From NCBI RefSeq assembly GCF_009914755.1, contig NC_060931.1: 64,000 nucleotides of DNA; one strand, given 5' to 3'. This DNA is from the human T2T-CHM13v2.0 reference genome, Homo sapiens. The translations under genes were made by a program, and so were the position numbers. Of this stretch, positions 58,278 through 64,000 are shown in pieces (within the stretch, counting starts at the first letter, position 1; each line of letters starts with the position of its first letter). Below the pieces are notes generated by a model, which worked only from the letters and a program-made list of their open reading frames with translations, was not told the DNA's origin and did not search any database.

Positions 58278-59711
58278 CTATAAGAAGGGTATAAAAAAGA
58301 AAAAAAAACTAAAAAGTTACTAGATTGTCCATTTGGAGGATCGTTGCATGAGGGTGTCAGCAGCTTCAAAACAACAACCCTCCAAGACTTATACCATTGA
58401 GGCCAGCATGGCCAACATGATGATTTTTATGGTGATTAAGCCATCCCTATCTTGGTCTAACTGGCAAAATGGTAGCACATTTGACCCTCTTTTTTCACAC
58501 TTCTCTTTGTCCTTGTCTGCCCTCCTCCAGCCATCTGTGTCCTACTCTGCGTTAAAGAAGCCTGCATCAAGGTGTCCCACTCAGGTCTGCTGTCCCCAGA
58601 ATAATCCTAACCCTTCACCTTGACTTGATTTCCCCTTCCCCCATGCACAGCAGTGAAAAAGCTGATCAGAAGCAGGGCCCCAAAAGCTGGTTGACTCTGG
58701 TCCTACCTCTACCTCTCTTTTCCCTGAAAACTACTAGCCTTAACTTTCCCTCACCTCTCTGATAGCACTAAGGACAAGAATCCCATGGAAAAGGAACAAG
58801 TTACAAAGGGCAGTGTCTTTGGGAGGATTATTTTTGCTGGCAGTGATGGTTTTGTTTTTGTTTTACTTGCTATAGGCAGGAGGCATGGTGCTCCTAGGGA
58901 AGTGTTGTAATATGTACTTGAAAATACAGCCTCGTGTAAGGTAAAGCTTACAGGCAAAGGAATAGACACAAGTCCAGCTAGTCTTGATCTCAATAAAGAA
59001 AAAAATTCCCACCATCGTATCAGCACACCATATTTACAGAGTTTTGGTGAGCTGGTTTGCCTATGTTACCTGCAGAATAGCTATAATAGCAAAGCAGAAG
59101 ATTTCCAGAGAGAAACAACTAAATTAGGCTTAACAAGGCTGATTTAGGCTTAACAACTATTAATAAAAGAAACAAGGCTTAACACTTTGGTGACTGTCTA
59201 ATGGGGACAGGCTCCCAGGGCTCTGTCATGGGTGCTGTCCCAAGGTTATGGCAGATACAAGCATTATCAGTAAGAGTTGGTCTTCACTCAAGGAAGAGAG
59301 CCACGGGGCTACATGCTAGAAAATCAATGACAAAAGCCAAATATGAAAGGGCTGGAGGTTGAGGATCAAAGTCAAAGTTCGAGAGCCTAGAATTCAAGGT
59401 AAGAGAAGGCAGCAAAACTGAAAGCGGTGGGGAGGCAATAAGCAGGTAGCACCCTGTTTTGGAAGTCAGCTTTGAATTTGGGCAGGAGTCTGTAGTTCAC
59501 CTTTATAAGCCAGTAAGTCAGTATTTGCTTAGAACAATCAGACTGACTGGAAAGGCCCATGACAGGGTAAAAATTAAACTTATATTCAGTATTTTCTGAG
59601 CTAGACTGAATTCCAGACATTCTGTCCTATTGTCCCCATATATTTCCCAGATATGGTGCCAGTTGGGGTTTATAGAATGTGGTCATTGTATCAAACAGGA
59701 TTCTAGGTCTA

Positions 59712-60008
<297 letters not shown>

Positions 60009-60970
60009 TTAAATGTTGCTATTATAATTGGCCTGATAATTATTGGAATAAGAAATATTATTTCAAGGAAACTTTACCAAAGACTGTAGTAGAGAAACAT
60101 AAAATTCATATTTGGTATAGTTCTGGTGCCAGTTAATATTGATAGCAAGTTATTATGGTGTGAAATGAAGGTGAGAGATAGGGGTATAGGTGAGATTAGA
60201 CAAAAAGTCATTACCATGAGTTGTTATCTAACTTAGTTTCTGATTTCTTTAAGATATTCATTTAGCTTTCCCAACTGCTTATTCTGAAGCTGGAATCAAG
60301 CCAGTGTCCAAAAGACTCTAAAGGCTTGGAAATTTAGCAACAGTTTCTACCCAAAGTTTCAGTGGGCAGCCCTGATGGCAAACCCTGGCAGTTTCTTAAG
60401 TTCACTTTCTTTATCTCACTCACTGGGCACAGCAATTTTATCAGAACATGAAATACCTGGGAAAGTCCTGGAAAGACTGTGTTAAGTCCTAGCCTCTTTA
60501 CCTACACAGCTGCTTGTATATTACAACGTGTAGCATCTTGTGTCATACAAAGAACACTCAGATGTGAGTTTAAGTTACCTTTATAGATAATAAAGCACAG
60601 GATTATTACTCTCATTGTGAACGAACTGCCCTTCTTACCAATTACATCTTAACTATTATAAAAAGTGATTAAAGTCAAATTACTAATTGCATTAACATGG
60701 CAGAATTATACCTTTATGTAGAAATGACTAAATTTTTGTGGAAACTATTCAGTTCTAATATATCTGGTTTTCCCTTTTTTTTTTATTTTGATGTGCTAAA
60801 CTTCAGGATCCTTGAAACCACCTATAAAATTTTTAAATGTCAGTCAAGTTGCCCAAATATTAGCTATATAAATATTACAAATTAAATGAAACACATGTTG
60901 GTGTAATCATCACAAACTTATCCTGTAGCTATAATCTAGCAGACAGCAAACCTTAGGGAAAAATTGATCA

Positions 60971-61174
<204 letters not shown>

Positions 61175-61720
61175 TCAAAAATTAGCTTTTATAATTAACT
61201 CCATGATGTTTGAAAGTCTAAAGGTATAGTGCTTACCAGTATTTTTTCCCTTTACTCCTTAATCATCCCCTTTCTCCCCGACATACATTTTCATAAAATT
61301 CTAGTAACAAGAGAAATCTAGGAGAGGGGCAAGATCCACTTCCTGAGGGTTTACCTTTTCTCGACTTGCTTTCTGACTTCCCTTTGCATAGTAGCCCCTA
61401 ATTTCTTAGGACTACTGTGACTTCCCAAAGGTTTTTACTTTCAAGAAGAGGCTTATAACTGAATCTGATCTGTGAGCTCAGCTAATTTTAGTTGCTGGTT
61501 ATACTCTTTTTAGAGTTGAGGGAATTGAAGCACAAAGTGTGTAAGGGCCTTGATCAGTTCCAAGTAAGCTTTTTCTGATAAAGCTCCGGCCCTGACTTCC
61601 AGTTTGTGGTTTCTTCTGTACTACCACACAAATGATAATCATCATCACTGTAAATAATTTTTATTAGGGAAAATAAGCTTTTACTAGAAATAGCTTTTTA
61701 TTTACAATTAAAATAACTAT

Positions 61721-61840
61721 GCTATCAGTTATTATGCTTAGTATCTGGGTGATGACATGGTCTGTACACCAAACCCCCATGACATGAGTTTGCCTGTATT
61801 AACGAACATGCATATGTACCCCTGAACCTAAAATAAAAGT
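61721..61840 (+). mobile_element. About 120-bp extreme 5'-truncated old L1PA with 13-bp TSD
   Basis: gcatatgtacccctgaacctaaaataaaagtt L1 end; TTAAAATAACTAT at 61708-61720 and 61840-61852. Confidence 0.85.
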
Positions 61841-62388
61841 TAAAATAACTATTGACAGCACTCTGGAAAAAAAAGTCACCTTAAACTAAAGTTCTATTTT
61901 CTAATTATATGCTCTTTAAAGATGGATATTGATTATGACAACTTTTAGGAAGGGCTAAAGATCCTGAGATCTACAACTTCACAAAGCAATTTACTTCTGA
62001 TACCAGCACTACCCCAGAGAAAGGAGTGGGAGTTCTCTACTAATAATGGAGAACTTTAAGTTTTCACCTTCAAATTTCTAAAGCTAAGATATTAAAAATG
62101 GGTTTTAATACCTAGGGGCTGGGATGAGAGGTATAGTAAAACTTTCCTTTAAATGCTTGACGAAAAGGTGAGTTGCCAAAAACTAAGTTTTAAAATAGTG
62201 ATGAACAACCCACATGTGGCTGCATAGCTTCCCTGTACTGCCTAAAGCTGTCTTCTAGGTTTCCATAATTTAACATTTCAATGATTTTAAAAAAGAAAGG
62301 AAGCAGGAATAATGTGACTTTCCAACGGTTTTCACTTTCAGAAATGTTCTCAATATTTTTTATACAATAAATAGTTGTACTCTAAGTT

Positions 62389-62880
62389 GTAATCCCCAGC
62401 TGCTAGTTCCATTTGTCCCCCAAAATCACTCCTCACTTTTTACCCATCTCTACCTTCTATCCCCCTACTCCATGTCTGGGGATTCCAACTATCATGAACT
62501 GAATCAAAAGGTTTTCTTGTCCTCTGGTTTCATAGGATTTGGCCAATGGAAGGCACAGCAGAGGATAGGGAGGCTGGAAGGGAGTGAGGCCAAGGTATTT
62601 GTTTCTTTGGCTTCTTTCTTGTCAGATTGCTTGTGCAGTTGCTGTCCCTCCATCAAAGACCACAGAAAGCACCTATGCTGAGTTCTGGCTATCTTTCCCT
62701 TCTCTTGCCTTTAGGCTTAGGGTGGTAGCAGTTTCCAGCTGGGTATTGCTGGGGTGTTAACTTCCTTCTTGGGTACTGCTTACCTTAACACTTTCCAGGC
62801 CTTTGTAAATAGACCCTTTAGCAAACTCATCAATTAACCCATTTGCTGTGCCATTTGTTTCCTGCTGGGATCCTGATACA
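62389..62880. mobile_element. ERVL LTR (LTR33-like)
   Basis: Ends gccatttgtttcctgctgggatcctgataca; ggatttggccaatggaaggcacagcag internal. Confidence 0.6.
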
Positions 62881-63653
62881 AAGATTATATAGATACATTT
62901 TTTCATGGTAATTTTAATTTTGGATGAAAAAAAAAACCCAGCTCTTAACACACTTTCGCTTTTTTGTCTTGACCCTGTTTCAAAAATGGCTGTTCACCAC
63001 TGCTTTAAAATCATCCCACCAGAGCAGAAACATACCAAATGATCTTAAAAAGAGTTGCTTCCCTCTTTCAAGCCTAGATTGCAACCTAATGGAATGTGCT
63101 GAGCACATTATGAAAGAAGGCATCAAACAGAAAGACCAGTAGTTTGCCTTGGAAACCAAGGAAAAAGGAGAGGCTGAGAGGCAAATGTTGGCAGGGCTGT
63201 CTCATCTCAGGCCTGGTTAGGGAGAGAGTGCCTTTGCCAGACTTCCAACAAGTATTCCCATCTTGTTTTCCAGGCCATGTTTTGGTTGTAGATAATAGTA
63301 AGCTATATAACCCTGTTTTGAGTCCATGGTCACCAGCAACTTTCTAATTATGATTTTTTCTGCCTATATTCTATAATGAGAAAATTTGCATCATCCTGAC
63401 CAGGATCATATGTACAACTAAAACTGTGCTTTCTGATCATTTTCATAAGCTTAATTGTAGCCCGCAAAATGAAACTGCACTTGGAGTATTAACAAGATCA
63501 GATCTCTGTGCCTGCCAGGATGGAAACTGTGGTAAATTTAAATCCCTGACCTCATCTTTGGACACAGGAGTCATTTTTTTCCTACTCTAAACTTTTGCAT
63601 AAACCTACTAAAACCTTATTATAGAATAATCTTAATATTTCTAAAGCTACTTA

Positions 63654-63830
<177 letters not shown>

Positions 63831-64000
63831 TCAGCCTCCTTTAGCGCTGTGTAGTGGAAAGAGCACGGCTTCTAAGTCTGGCCGAGTGGGTTTAAGTTCC
63901 ACCTCCAGTTATATTAGTTTGGGTAAATGATAACTTCTCTAAACATTTATACCATGGAAATAATCACTGTAATGCAGAATTGTTTTGACAAAAACCATAT

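Overview
Primate (almost certainly human, 7q21) genomic DNA containing two convergent genes. On the + strand are all 16 coding exons of CROT (peroxisomal carnitine O-octanoyltransferase). I joined them by hand through GT-AG junctions into one 1839-nt frame (612 aa + stop, MENQLAKSTEE...NSTHL*), followed by its 3' UTR; the promoter and first non-coding exons lie upstream of the window. On the - strand are the last six exons of ABCB4 (MDR3 phospholipid floppase; TM11-12 and NBD2). Introns are dense with Alu, L1, L2, MaLR/ERVL LTRs and Tigger DNA transposons. The most notable structure is an ~8.8-kb antisense ERV1 (MER4/MER41-like) provirus in the first coding intron of CROT, with both LTRs, a PBS, a PPT and env/integrase relics. 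It supplies an in-frame 84-nt cassette exon whose acceptor appears to have arisen by one substitution in the primer-binding site, and its two LTRs keep TATA and poly(A) signals reciprocally. Other points: a perfect 150-bp tandem duplication, an Alu-bracketed exon block able to form a stop-free circle, and miR-33 sites downstream of a proximal poly(A) signal. No wholly new gene system is demonstrable from sequence alone. Repeat family names and boundaries are by-eye estimates.
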